Below are positions 48,720 to 56,190 of a stretch of DNA of 64,000 bases, in pieces. The stretch's first letter is position 1; each line of letters opens with the position of its first letter. The stretch comes from a virus, in IMG/VR virus record IMGVR_UViG_3300025122_006404, positions 23,672-87,671 of that record; one strand, written 5' to 3'. Made by a program: the position numbers and the translations under genes. The notes beneath the pieces are model-generated. The model saw nothing but the letters and a program-made list of their open reading frames with translations. It searched no databases and was not told the DNA's origin.

Positions 48720-49040
48720 ATGAAAATTACCCGTAGACAATTAAGAAAGCTATTAGCTGAAACTTTTGCACCGATTGATAGACAATACTTTGGAGTGGGC
48801 GTGGATCAGATCGTTGAAGCGTGGAAAGAGAATATGCACAACCTATACGAGCAGGCCCCACATCTCTTTATGGGACGTAGCACCCAAAGTGAGTGGATAG
48901 ATCAGGTGGATAAAGCCGCTAAAGAATTTCAAGAGAGGCTGGAAAATGCTATTCTCGATAGTAGTCTCCAAGTGGAGGATCTACTTCATGACGGTCACTT
49001 TCACGAGAGAGATACCTCAAAAGAGGGTCCCGGAGCATGA
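48720..49040 (+). CDS. Leader-tagged hypothetical protein
   Basis: MKITRRQLRKLLAE. Confidence 0.78.
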   Translation: MKITRRQLRKLLAETFAPIDRQYFGVGVDQIVEAWKENMHNLYEQAPHLFMGRSTQSEWIDQVDKAAKEFQERLENAILDSSLQVEDLLHDGHFHERDTSKEGPGA

Positions 49041-49600
49041 GACTCACTCGATCCCGACTAAGAAGGATTATCACGGAGGAGCTCCATGCTTCCTTGTGTG
49101 AGGCAAGAGTTACCGGTGGATATCGAGCGGGAGTCACCGGTGGACTCGCAGTGGGAGACAAGGTCCAGCACAAGGAGGATGCACACCTGGGAGTTGGCAC
49201 TGTTCGTGGCAAGCACAAGCATCGTAGCTTAGGTCACCTCATTCTGGTACAGTGGGAGGATGGTCACTCCAGCACACATATTCCCAGCGCTCTGGCCCCA
49301 GCCGGTGCATTGCGTGATGAGCCTACAACTCTTGATTCCGACGAGCTTCGACAGATTGCCGATGAGCTTGACGAGTCATTTAAAAGCTTGATTGAACAAC
49401 CGGTTGAAAAGGGAGTTACTCCTGATTCAATTGAATTTATTCTTCAAAGGTTAACAGACATCGAGTCAGATCTAATGGGGTCAAATGGCATCCTTCCCAA
49501 AATTGAAAATGCGGTCGAGGAATTATCAGATACGCTAACTGACTTGCCTGATAAGTTGACTCCCGAGAAACAAGCAACTAGAGTTGAGAGCGGGGATTAA
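49037..49600 (+). CDS. Leader-tagged protein with xGDLV domain and TLDxDxLR motif
   Basis: MRLTRSRLRRIITEE; LAVGDKV...LVQWEDG; TTLDSDELRQIADEL. Confidence 0.78.
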   Translation: MRLTRSRLRRIITEELHASLCEARVTGGYRAGVTGGLAVGDKVQHKEDAHLGVGTVRGKHKHRSLGHLILVQWEDGHSSTHIPSALAPAGALRDEPTTLDSDELRQIADELDESFKSLIEQPVEKGVTPDSIEFILQRLTDIESDLMGSNGILPKIENAVEELSDTLTDLPDKLTPEKQATRVESGD

Positions 49601-49601
49601 G

Positions 49602-49922
49602 ATGAAAATCACACGTAAGCAATTAAAAAGGATCATCAAAGAGTCGATGATTAGTGAGTCTCCCAAGCTGACTGAGGCTGTAGGTCCCTGGCCACCGAAT
49701 GAACTGACATCCACCAACGTCCTACAATGGTACCCGGACAAGCCCCCACTAGAGAAACGACCTCAAGATGATTTCGTTCAAGTCATCCCGAGTGAAGGAC
49801 TCCGATCGTATTTGCGTCAACTGGAGGAGCGCATTGCTGCCCTGGAGCGACAGGAGCCGTCTCCTGCCCAGGTGGGAAGAAAGGAAAGAGATCTCGACGA
49901 ACAAGGATATAAATCAAGATGA
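49602..49922 (+). CDS. Leader-tagged hypothetical protein
   Basis: MKITRKQLKRIIKES from ATG 49602. Confidence 0.78.
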   Translation: MKITRKQLKRIIKESMISESPKLTEAVGPWPPNELTSTNVLQWYPDKPPLEKRPQDDFVQVIPSEGLRSYLRQLEERIAALERQEPSPAQVGRKERDLDEQGYKSR

Positions 49923-50509
49923 AAATAACACGCAATCAATTAAGAAGAATTATAAAGGAGGAGGTCACTAGAGCTCTATCCGAGGGAGATGTGGTTGATT
50001 TTCATCCACAAGGGAATCTACCCTGGGAGTTTGGTCCAGAGGGTTATGCTTCACGCGGACGTGGTCTTGAGAAAAAGATGACACACTTAAAACAAAGCTC
50101 GCCGGAAGAGATTCTCGCGGTGGCACTCTCCAATAGAGCTGAAGAGCTCATAGGGTACGAGAAGGCTGTTGATCCGAAATGGTTCAGTGAGCTAGCAGCA
50201 GATATTCGATTTCGCCTCGATGCAGGATGGTTTGGTGGGGGTGAGACATCTGAAGATCTAAGCTCCATCGTTAGTAGGATAGATTCCGGTGACTACTTTG
50301 ATGAGGATATCGAGTCAGTTCGCTCATGGAAAGAAGACGAATGGCAAGAAGCGGAGGAGATGGAGAAGACTACAGCTCTTGCGAGACAACAGCCTCCGGA
50401 AGAGGTCGAAGAGATGGAGCTAGACTTTGATAGATTCCTCCAGGGAATTACGCCCGAGCCCGAAGATGATCCTGAAAATGTGATTAAATTTCCCGGAAGA
50501 GAAGATTGA
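49919..50509 (+). CDS. Leader-tagged hypothetical protein
   Basis: MKITRNQLRRIIKEEVTRALSE; C-terminal NVIKFP. Confidence 0.78.
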   Translation: MKITRNQLRRIIKEEVTRALSEGDVVDFHPQGNLPWEFGPEGYASRGRGLEKKMTHLKQSSPEEILAVALSNRAEELIGYEKAVDPKWFSELAADIRFRLDAGWFGGGETSEDLSSIVSRIDSGDYFDEDIESVRSWKEDEWQEAEEMEKTTALARQQPPEEVEEMELDFDRFLQGITPEPEDDPENVIKFPGRED

Positions 50510-50744
50510 TGAAACTTTTGCACGACGCCTGGATTTTAGCCAAGCTGATGGCTTTGGGAAAGGCTTCCCGAGAGGTTTACATTATACTGGCTGTGGCAAA
50601 GCTTGGAGCTTTTATATGCGGAGTCCTACTCGGCTCGTGGCTATTTTAGATTATTCACTATGATGTATGAATATAAGGAATATAGATTATGAACCCGGTA
50701 GATATCACTTCTCTCATAGGCATCGTGTTTCGAGGCAGCCTAAA

Positions 50745-51062
50745 GTGAGAGTATCAAGAAGCCAGCTGGAAAAAATCATTCAGGAAAAACTAACCAGATT
50801 GATTGAGAGTGAAGGGAATGATACTGTTATCGGTCCCACTTCTAATCTTGGAATTATCGGCTTTAAAATTGAGGAATCCAACGGGAAAAAATCTGATTAT
50901 AATTTTTATAAGGATTTCAAAGGCTTATGCTATGCTTATCCCCAAAGAAGTGAAACACCAACTGACCTAAGGGAAATAGCTTCAAAAGATGTTACAGCCA
51001 AAAGGCTCAACTATCGGATAGAAGGTGACCCTTCTACCTATTTTAATGAAGATCAGGAATAG
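50745..51062 (+). CDS. Leader-tagged hypothetical protein
   Basis: GTG 50745: MRVSRSQLEKIIQEKLTRLIE. Confidence 0.7.
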   Translation: MRVSRSQLEKIIQEKLTRLIESEGNDTVIGPTSNLGIIGFKIEESNGKKSDYNFYKDFKGLCYAYPQRSETPTDLREIASKDVTAKRLNYRIEGDPSTYFNEDQE

Positions 51063-51086
51063 ATATTATAGAGGAGTTGATCCAAG

Positions 51087-51422
51087 ATGAAGATCACACG
51101 CACACAGCTAAGAAAAATTATTCAGGAAGAAGTAGACTACAGGTCTGAGATGTCAGAGTTCGGTAATAGTCGAGCCGGTCGAAAGGTAGCGAATTCCGGA
51201 CAAAGAATAGTCTCAGCAGCCAAGGTCATTGCAGAAGAGGCCTTAGATCAGACCGGAAACATGGCACGTGCTCTGGAGAATATCTCTGAATTTGTCGCCC
51301 GGGTGGGCGGATCTCTTGCAAGTATTGGAAACCTGAATGAGGGTGAATCACTTACTGACCGACTTCCCACTGTTGTGGAATTCAAGAAATTAACTCGAGC
51401 TATCAAGAAGCTAGAAAAATAA
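51087..51422 (+). CDS. Leader-tagged hypothetical protein
   Basis: MKITRTQLRKIIQEE. Confidence 0.78.
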   Translation: MKITRTQLRKIIQEEVDYRSEMSEFGNSRAGRKVANSGQRIVSAAKVIAEEALDQTGNMARALENISEFVARVGGSLASIGNLNEGESLTDRLPTVVEFKKLTRAIKKLEK

Positions 51423-51423
51423 T

Positions 51424-51726
51424 ATGAAGCTCACACAGGGCCAGCTTAGACGAATCATTAAGGAGGAGATCGAATCCTTGCTTCACGAAAAGAAGGGGAA
51501 GTGGCAAGGAGCAGTCTCTCAGGATATCGAGAAGAAGGGTCATGAGGGTATTTTTTCGAAGTGGTGCGAGCGTCAAGGACACACCGGTGTTAATCAAGCT
51601 TGTATCGATGCTGCCTACGAAGCGGGCGCACCGTGGAGACAAAGAGCTTCATTAGCAGTCACCTTTTCTCAGGGAAAAGGCGGAGCTCCCTCTCTGAGCC
51701 GGCCTGAGATACCCGAGAAGAAGTAG
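51424..51726 (+). CDS. Leader-tagged hypothetical protein
   Basis: MKLTQGQLRRIIKEEIESLLHE. Confidence 0.78.
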   Translation: MKLTQGQLRRIIKEEIESLLHEKKGKWQGAVSQDIEKKGHEGIFSKWCERQGHTGVNQACIDAAYEAGAPWRQRASLAVTFSQGKGGAPSLSRPEIPEKK

Positions 51727-51763
51727 ATAAAAACTGCATAGATATCTCCGCAGGGAGGCTAAC

Positions 51764-52141
51764 ATGCCACGGAGAAAAAGAAAGCTATGGAGTAAACCAT
51801 CGGTGTATGAAACGCTAGATGGCAATCATGTGTCCATGGATAGTACATGGGAAGTAGCACTGGCGAAAAAGCTAGATGATCTGAAAATCAGATGGGTGAG
51901 AGACAGATCTTTGGGCCTGGAGTATCTGACACGTGGGCGGAGGAAGAGAATGTACATCCCTGACTTCTACTTGCCTGATCATGATGTGTACATCGAGGTG
52001 AAAGGTTACTGGACAGACTCAGCAAGATATAAGATGAAATCCGTTCTTGAGAAGCATGACATCAAGCTCATCATTCTTGAATCTCTAATTGCAATAGAAA
52101 ATGTGGAAGCATCTCTGGAATTGACATCTTCAGAAAGATAG
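51764..52141 (+). CDS. PD-(D/E)XK endonuclease (T7 endo I/TnsA-like)
   Basis: DSTWE...YIPDFYLP...IEVKG. Confidence 0.85.
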   Translation: MPRRKRKLWSKPSVYETLDGNHVSMDSTWEVALAKKLDDLKIRWVRDRSLGLEYLTRGRRKRMYIPDFYLPDHDVYIEVKGYWTDSARYKMKSVLEKHDIKLIILESLIAIENVEASLELTSSER

Positions 52142-52355
52142 TTATTTATGCTAAGGGTGCATGGAAGAAAGAAAGATCCATTTTTAGACTTTTACCCTGT
52201 CCAGCTTGAAGCGTTAAAGGCTTTGTGGAAGGCCATTCATATCGGAATTGGTATCCCGCTAGATTATCCAGAGAATTCTCAGGGGCATATTAAAAAGAAA
52301 AAGAAATGAAGCTCCCATGATGGCAGATTAGAAAGCTATTTTATTGGTGAGAAAC

Positions 52356-52384
52356 GTGTAGATCGGTGCACCATATGGTATAAT
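52356..52384 (+). promoter_or_regulatory. Sigma70-like promoter heading MKVGDLV array 2
   Basis: GTGTAG-N17-TATAAT with TG extension. Confidence 0.7.
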
Positions 52385-52408
52385 ACTAACAGGTTCAAAG
52401 GAAAAAGA

Positions 52409-52663
52409 ATGAGCGTGATGGGACCAGATGGAAAGATTCTACAGCCTGGCGGCGGATGGTGGTCTCCTTATGGAGATACTGATGAGGAGATCCGAGAGAA
52501 CATGAAGACCGGTCGGATGCCGAATGCTCCGGGTGCGGTGCGAGTGGGACCCAAAAGTATCACTGGTAGCAAACGGGGAGACCGATCTCTTCTTGATGCT
52601 CTGGGAGATATGGGGGCTCTTGGGGGTCAGGCAAAAGAAGCCTACGAGCGCAGTAAGAAATGA
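52409..52663 (+). CDS. Hypothetical protein
   Basis: First gene after promoter; AAGG RBS. Confidence 0.6.
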   Translation: MSVMGPDGKILQPGGGWWSPYGDTDEEIRENMKTGRMPNAPGAVRVGPKSITGSKRGDRSLLDALGDMGALGGQAKEAYERSKK

Positions 52664-52887
52664 AAGAAGGGGATCTAGTAAAGGTGAAGGACTGTGCTGC
52701 TCCAATCAACCCCATCGACTTTCCTTGTGAATGTTTTTTCTGTAGCGGAAACTCTAATCGTATTGGATTAATCATGTCACCCGCACCAATGAATAGTTGG
52801 CTGGTTATGTTTGACTGCGGAGAGTGGCGACTTGACACATTTGATTTTGCACGGGGCGATGCAGAGGTGATCAGTGAAAGCCGGTGA
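52660..52887 (+). CDS. MKVGDLV-family cassette
   Basis: MKEGDLV...EVISESR. Confidence 0.78.
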   Translation: MKEGDLVKVKDCAAPINPIDFPCECFFCSGNSNRIGLIMSPAPMNSWLVMFDCGEWRLDTFDFARGDAEVISESR

Positions 52888-53077
52888 CCTGATTAAAATG
52901 GTGGTGTATAATCGAACCCAAGACAGCCGGAATCAGGTTGGGCTGGTGATTAGCATTGAGCATCGGTATGTTGGCGGACCCCATCGAATCGCTACAGTAT
53001 TGAGCGACTCGGGAAAAGTAGCAACCTGGCCAATTGACAGCCATTATCAGCTGGAGGTGATCAATGAAAGTCGGTGA
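52874..53077 (+). CDS. MKVGDLV-family cassette
   Basis: MKAGDLI...LEVINESR. Confidence 0.78.
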   Translation: MKAGDLIKMVVYNRTQDSRNQVGLVISIEHRYVGGPHRIATVLSDSGKVATWPIDSHYQLEVINESR

Positions 53078-53240
53078 CCTGGTGCAATATGAACATCCCA
53101 ACTCAACATCGAATGTGGGTCTAATCATCGATACACATCGTAACGAGTATGGCGGGTACTTCACAGTGTCAGTACTATGGGAAGACGGTGATATTTGGGT
53201 GCATGAAGCGGACGAGTTTAAGGTTGTTAGTGACAAATGA
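53064..53240 (+). CDS. MKVGDLV-family cassette (58 aa, below ORF-track cutoff)
   Basis: Translated by hand: MKVGDLVQYEHPN...VLWEDG...FKVVSDK. Confidence 0.78.
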   Translation: MKVGDLVQYEHPNSTSNVGLIIDTHRNEYGGYFTVSVLWEDGDIWVHEADEFKVVSDK

Positions 53241-53428
53241 AAGTCGGTGATCTGGTAAAGAACCTAAACTCGGAATCTCAGATGATGGGTATCATCGTAG
53301 GCTGGACTGCTCCCCACGGAAACTCCGATCCCCGAAAAGGTCATCGAGAGCCGATTGTCTTGTGGGCAGATGGTAGACGCAACTGGATTGTTCTTAGTAG
53401 AGTAGAGGTTGTCAATGAAAGTCGGTGA
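53237..53428 (+). CDS. MKVGDLV-family cassette
   Basis: MKVGDLV...VLWADG...VEVVNESR. Confidence 0.78.
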   Translation: MKVGDLVKNLNSESQMMGIIVGWTAPHGNSDPRKGHREPIVLWADGRRNWIVLSRVEVVNESR

Positions 53429-53654
53429 CGTGGTAAAGTTCTCAGAGGATCACATTCGATCACCCGGATATGCATACGTTCAGGACTGGATCGGCATTAT
53501 TATTGAAGCCAAAACTACAGGCTTTCACCATCCAATTGATGAGGTAAGGATAATGTGGACGGCATGCGGAACTACACAAATTTCGCACTACGATGAGATC
53601 TGGTGGAGCAATCTCGGCTACGAGCCGTTTGAGGTGATCAATGAAAATCGGTGA
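53415..53654 (+). CDS. MKVGDLV-family cassette
   Basis: ATG 53415 MKVGDVV...FEVINENR. Confidence 0.78.
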   Translation: MKVGDVVKFSEDHIRSPGYAYVQDWIGIIIEAKTTGFHHPIDEVRIMWTACGTTQISHYDEIWWSNLGYEPFEVINENR

Positions 53655-53853
53655 CCTTGTGAGAAGAAGCGACGATGAAACTTTCGAGAGCGAGGGTTAC
53701 GCAATAGTTCTCGGTTTTAAACCAAGAGGCTGGTCTCGTGACCCGAATCCAGATTGCGATGTGTGGAATGACGCCATTCTTATGTTTTCTGATGACTCTG
53801 AACCGTGTTTCGTTATGAGAGCTCAGCTGGAGGTAGTTAGTGAGGGAAGTTAA
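53641..53853 (+). CDS. MKVGDLV-family cassette
   Basis: MKIGDLV...LEVVSEGS. Confidence 0.78.
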   Translation: MKIGDLVRRSDDETFESEGYAIVLGFKPRGWSRDPNPDCDVWNDAILMFSDDSEPCFVMRAQLEVVSEGS

Positions 53854-54028
53854 ATTAAGAGATCCTTATGGATGCACAATTATTTGTATGTGTGAAAAAC
53901 ACTTTTCAAGCTATCTATCTCAATTAGAAAGCGCATATCGAGGCGGGACAGCTTATTCTTCTACTCGAACAAGTCAGCGCGGATGTGAATTTTGCAGAAG
54001 GGAAAAAAATGAAAACAACAATAACTAA
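53840..54028 (+). CDS. Small Cys-rich protein inside array
   Basis: CEKH...CEFC; begins at a junction. Confidence 0.55.
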   Translation: MREVKLRDPYGCTIICMCEKHFSSYLSQLESAYRGGTAYSSTRTSQRGCEFCRREKNENNNN

Positions 54029-54284
54029 TACAGCTGGTATTCTATACCTCGTAGAAAACGCTAAAGGAAGAAATCGTTCGGTGTATGAAGAAAAGTTTGC
54101 TCAACATGTAGACCCAGAAGGAACACATGTAATGGGGTTTAACATGTTGCACAACGATATTGAGATGCGTACACAGTGGATGTGTAAGATGAGAGATGCA
54201 GACGAACCCGTAGAGATCTGGCTAGATGTTGACTTTGATGTGCTACAAGAATGTACGACAGAAATTGAAACAGTAGAGCCATGA
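54009..54284 (+). CDS. Hypothetical protein inside array
   Basis: Start ATG 54009. Confidence 0.6.
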   Translation: MKTTITNTAGILYLVENAKGRNRSVYEEKFAQHVDPEGTHVMGFNMLHNDIEMRTQWMCKMRDADEPVEIWLDVDFDVLQECTTEIETVEP

Positions 54285-54487
54285 ATATAGGTGATCTGGT
54301 CCGGATGCCCAGGTTTAATGAAGAAGATGCTATTTTTCTCGTGCTGAGAAGGGATGAGCAAATGTATTGGAAAAAATATGATGATTCTTCGAAATGGGCG
54401 CAGTGGCATATCATGCAGGTAAGTACATCGAAAATATATGTACAATCGGGAAGAGACATGGAGGTGATTAGTGTTGCAAATAGGTGA
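54281..54487 (+). CDS. MKVGDLV-family cassette
   Basis: MNIGDLV...MEVISVANR. Confidence 0.78.
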   Translation: MNIGDLVRMPRFNEEDAIFLVLRRDEQMYWKKYDDSSKWAQWHIMQVSTSKIYVQSGRDMEVISVANR

Positions 54488-54728
54488 TTTGGTCAGATTC
54501 TTTGATTATGATGAGTGTGCCGCTAATAGGGACCGAATTGTGCCACGTGACGATTATTGGAGAATTGGCATTGTTACGGAGATTCGTCACGAGCCGTGGG
54601 ATGATGATTGGGATCCAAGCTGTTTACCTTGTGTAGTTGTGACTAGCAATTGTCATAGTCAGCCTATTGTGATGCCCAATAAGCACAACATTGGAACTTG
54701 GGTAGAGGTGATAAGTGAGAGTCGGTGA
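54471..54728 (+). CDS. MKVGDLV-family cassette
   Basis: QIGDLV...VEVISESR. Confidence 0.78.
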   Translation: MLQIGDLVRFFDYDECAANRDRIVPRDDYWRIGIVTEIRHEPWDDDWDPSCLPCVVVTSNCHSQPIVMPNKHNIGTWVEVISESR

Positions 54729-54933
54729 TTTGGTGAGATGTATCTGGCAACCATCTTCATCGGGACTGGTAAATGGCTGTACTATTCCGATGAAGCACAC
54801 CATCTTGGGAGAGCTGGGAATCATTGTACATCAACGTCTTGAAGTAGATCATCACACAATCCTGTTTCCAAAGTTTGGATATGAGCATGTATTTTCGTCC
54901 GGTGCATTTGAGGTGATCAGTGAATGTCGGTGA
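54715..54933 (+). CDS. MKVGDLV-family cassette
   Basis: MRVGDLV...FEVISECR. Confidence 0.78.
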   Translation: MRVGDLVRCIWQPSSSGLVNGCTIPMKHTILGELGIIVHQRLEVDHHTILFPKFGYEHVFSSGAFEVISECR

Positions 54934-55102
54934 TTTGGTGAGCTGGAAAAGTAAACGGATCCTTGAGGATGAGTCAGACACTGGCATTGTAGTGAGCGAG
55001 ATTCGGCATGGTGTGAATTCATCTTTCGTAGATGTGTTGGTAGACGGAAAGGTGATACCTGTGAACTGGCTAGCTTTGAAGGTGATCAATGAAAGTCGGT
55101 GA
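54920..55102 (+). CDS. MKVGDLV-family cassette
   Basis: MNVGDLV...LKVINESR. Confidence 0.78.
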   Translation: MNVGDLVSWKSKRILEDESDTGIVVSEIRHGVNSSFVDVLVDGKVIPVNWLALKVINESR

Positions 55103-55301
55103 TTTGGTAATGTTGAAACGACTTGACAGTCTGATATACGGGCTCAACGAGGTTTCTCGTGGTCATGACAGTATTATGGGTATTGTTACTGAAGTCATAC
55201 CGCCTGGCCAGACAACTGATGGCGCTGCATGGGTGATGTTCGGTACGATTTACAAATCCATTTCGTTAATGCACCTTGAGGTGATAAGTGAAGGTGGGTG
55301 A
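55089..55301 (+). CDS. MKVGDLV-family cassette
   Basis: MKVGDLV...LEVISEGG. Confidence 0.78.
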   Translation: MKVGDLVMLKRLDSLIYGLNEVSRGHDSIMGIVTEVIPPGQTTDGAAWVMFGTIYKSISLMHLEVISEGG

Positions 55302-55476
55302 TATGGTAATGAGCCGTCCCGGATATTTTCCAGCTGTTGGAATTGTCATCCGCATATTTGAGATTGATAGTCTTCCGGAACACTTGGTAGTCTTACCGAT
55401 GGTGGAACTTATGACCCAGGATGGATTACGAACATGGAAGAGAAGAAAATTGAAGGTGATCAGTGAAAGTCGGTGA
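55288..55476 (+). CDS. MKVGDLV-family cassette
   Basis: MKVGDMV...LKVISESR. Confidence 0.78.
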   Translation: MKVGDMVMSRPGYFPAVGIVIRIFEIDSLPEHLVVLPMVELMTQDGLRTWKRRKLKVISESR

Positions 55477-55639
55477 TTTAGTGAAAAGTTTAGTTGACCT
55501 TACAGATGAATGTCAAGCTGGCATCATAACAAGATTTGTCATTGATTCACTAGGCGAGCAGGGAGCAATGATTCTCTGGGACCATGGAGAGATATGCTAT
55601 TTCCCTGTAGAAGAGCTTGAGGTGATTAGTGAGGTTTGA
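55463..55639 (+). CDS. MKVGDLV-family cassette (58 aa, below ORF-track cutoff)
   Basis: Translated by hand: MKVGDLVKSLVDL...ILWDHG...LEVISEV. Confidence 0.78.
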   Translation: MKVGDLVKSLVDLTDECQAGIITRFVIDSLGEQGAMILWDHGEICYFPVEELEVISEV

Positions 55640-56129
55640 TCCCAATAGTCGCCAGGCTATCCAGGGATTAAAATTTCAGGGTGATGTCCAAAAGGAACTT
55701 GAGAAAATATTTTATGAAGTCATTCCTGTGAGAGACTGGCTTCTTTCAATTGATTCACAGCTAAGCTCAAGACAGCTGAATCTCCTGGAACAGACCTGGG
55801 GAGATCTTGTCGTGAGACTTAGCCCGCAGTCTGAGCCCATCTTTGTGGAGTGTGTGAGTCTCAATTATGAGAATTCCCGCTTTCCAGAATCTAAGGTGAG
55901 GAAGTTCTCGGGAGATAATAAGTTCTACGCATTCGGATGGGAGGGGGAAATAACAAAGTACATTCCCTCTGCGACATGGAATGCCTATGCAAGAAAGCTT
56001 GGGTCTCTCTCTCATTTCGGTCGACCCTACAGGAAATTTTCTAGACGACATATTAGAGGAGTGAGAAAAGGTTGCATCGGGGGTAATGACTTCAAGTCTT
56101 TATTTGAGATGAATGATAAAGGTGAGTAA
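55629..56129 (+). CDS. Putative PD-(D/E)XK-like nuclease closing the array
   Basis: GLKFQ...WGDLVV...IFVECVS. Confidence 0.4.
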   Translation: MRFDPNSRQAIQGLKFQGDVQKELEKIFYEVIPVRDWLLSIDSQLSSRQLNLLEQTWGDLVVRLSPQSEPIFVECVSLNYENSRFPESKVRKFSGDNKFYAFGWEGEITKYIPSATWNAYARKLGSLSHFGRPYRKFSRRHIRGVRKGCIGGNDFKSLFEMNDKGE

Positions 56130-56190
56130 TTAGTATTATAAAAAGAGTCCTTTCTCCTATTTATGATTAGATACTCGGAAGCATCGATAC

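Larger units (their letters stand above)
52864..55639 (+). repeat. Dispersed ~24-nt junction repeat (G/A)AGGTGAT(C/A/T)A(G/A)TGAAAGTCGGTGA
   Basis: Copies at 52864, 53054, 53405, 53631, 53830, 54461, 54705, 54910, 55079, 55278, 55453, 55619 (some degenerate); also 35226. Confidence 0.85.

Noticed and set aside
52864-55639. Junction repeats as a CRISPR array
   Set aside because: Repeats are degenerate and protein-coding, intervening segments are 150 nt or longer open frames, and no cas genes are present
52660-55639. Integron or diversity-generating retroelement
   Set aside because: No integrase or reverse transcriptase in the window, no attC-like palindromes, no TR/VR pair differing only at adenines
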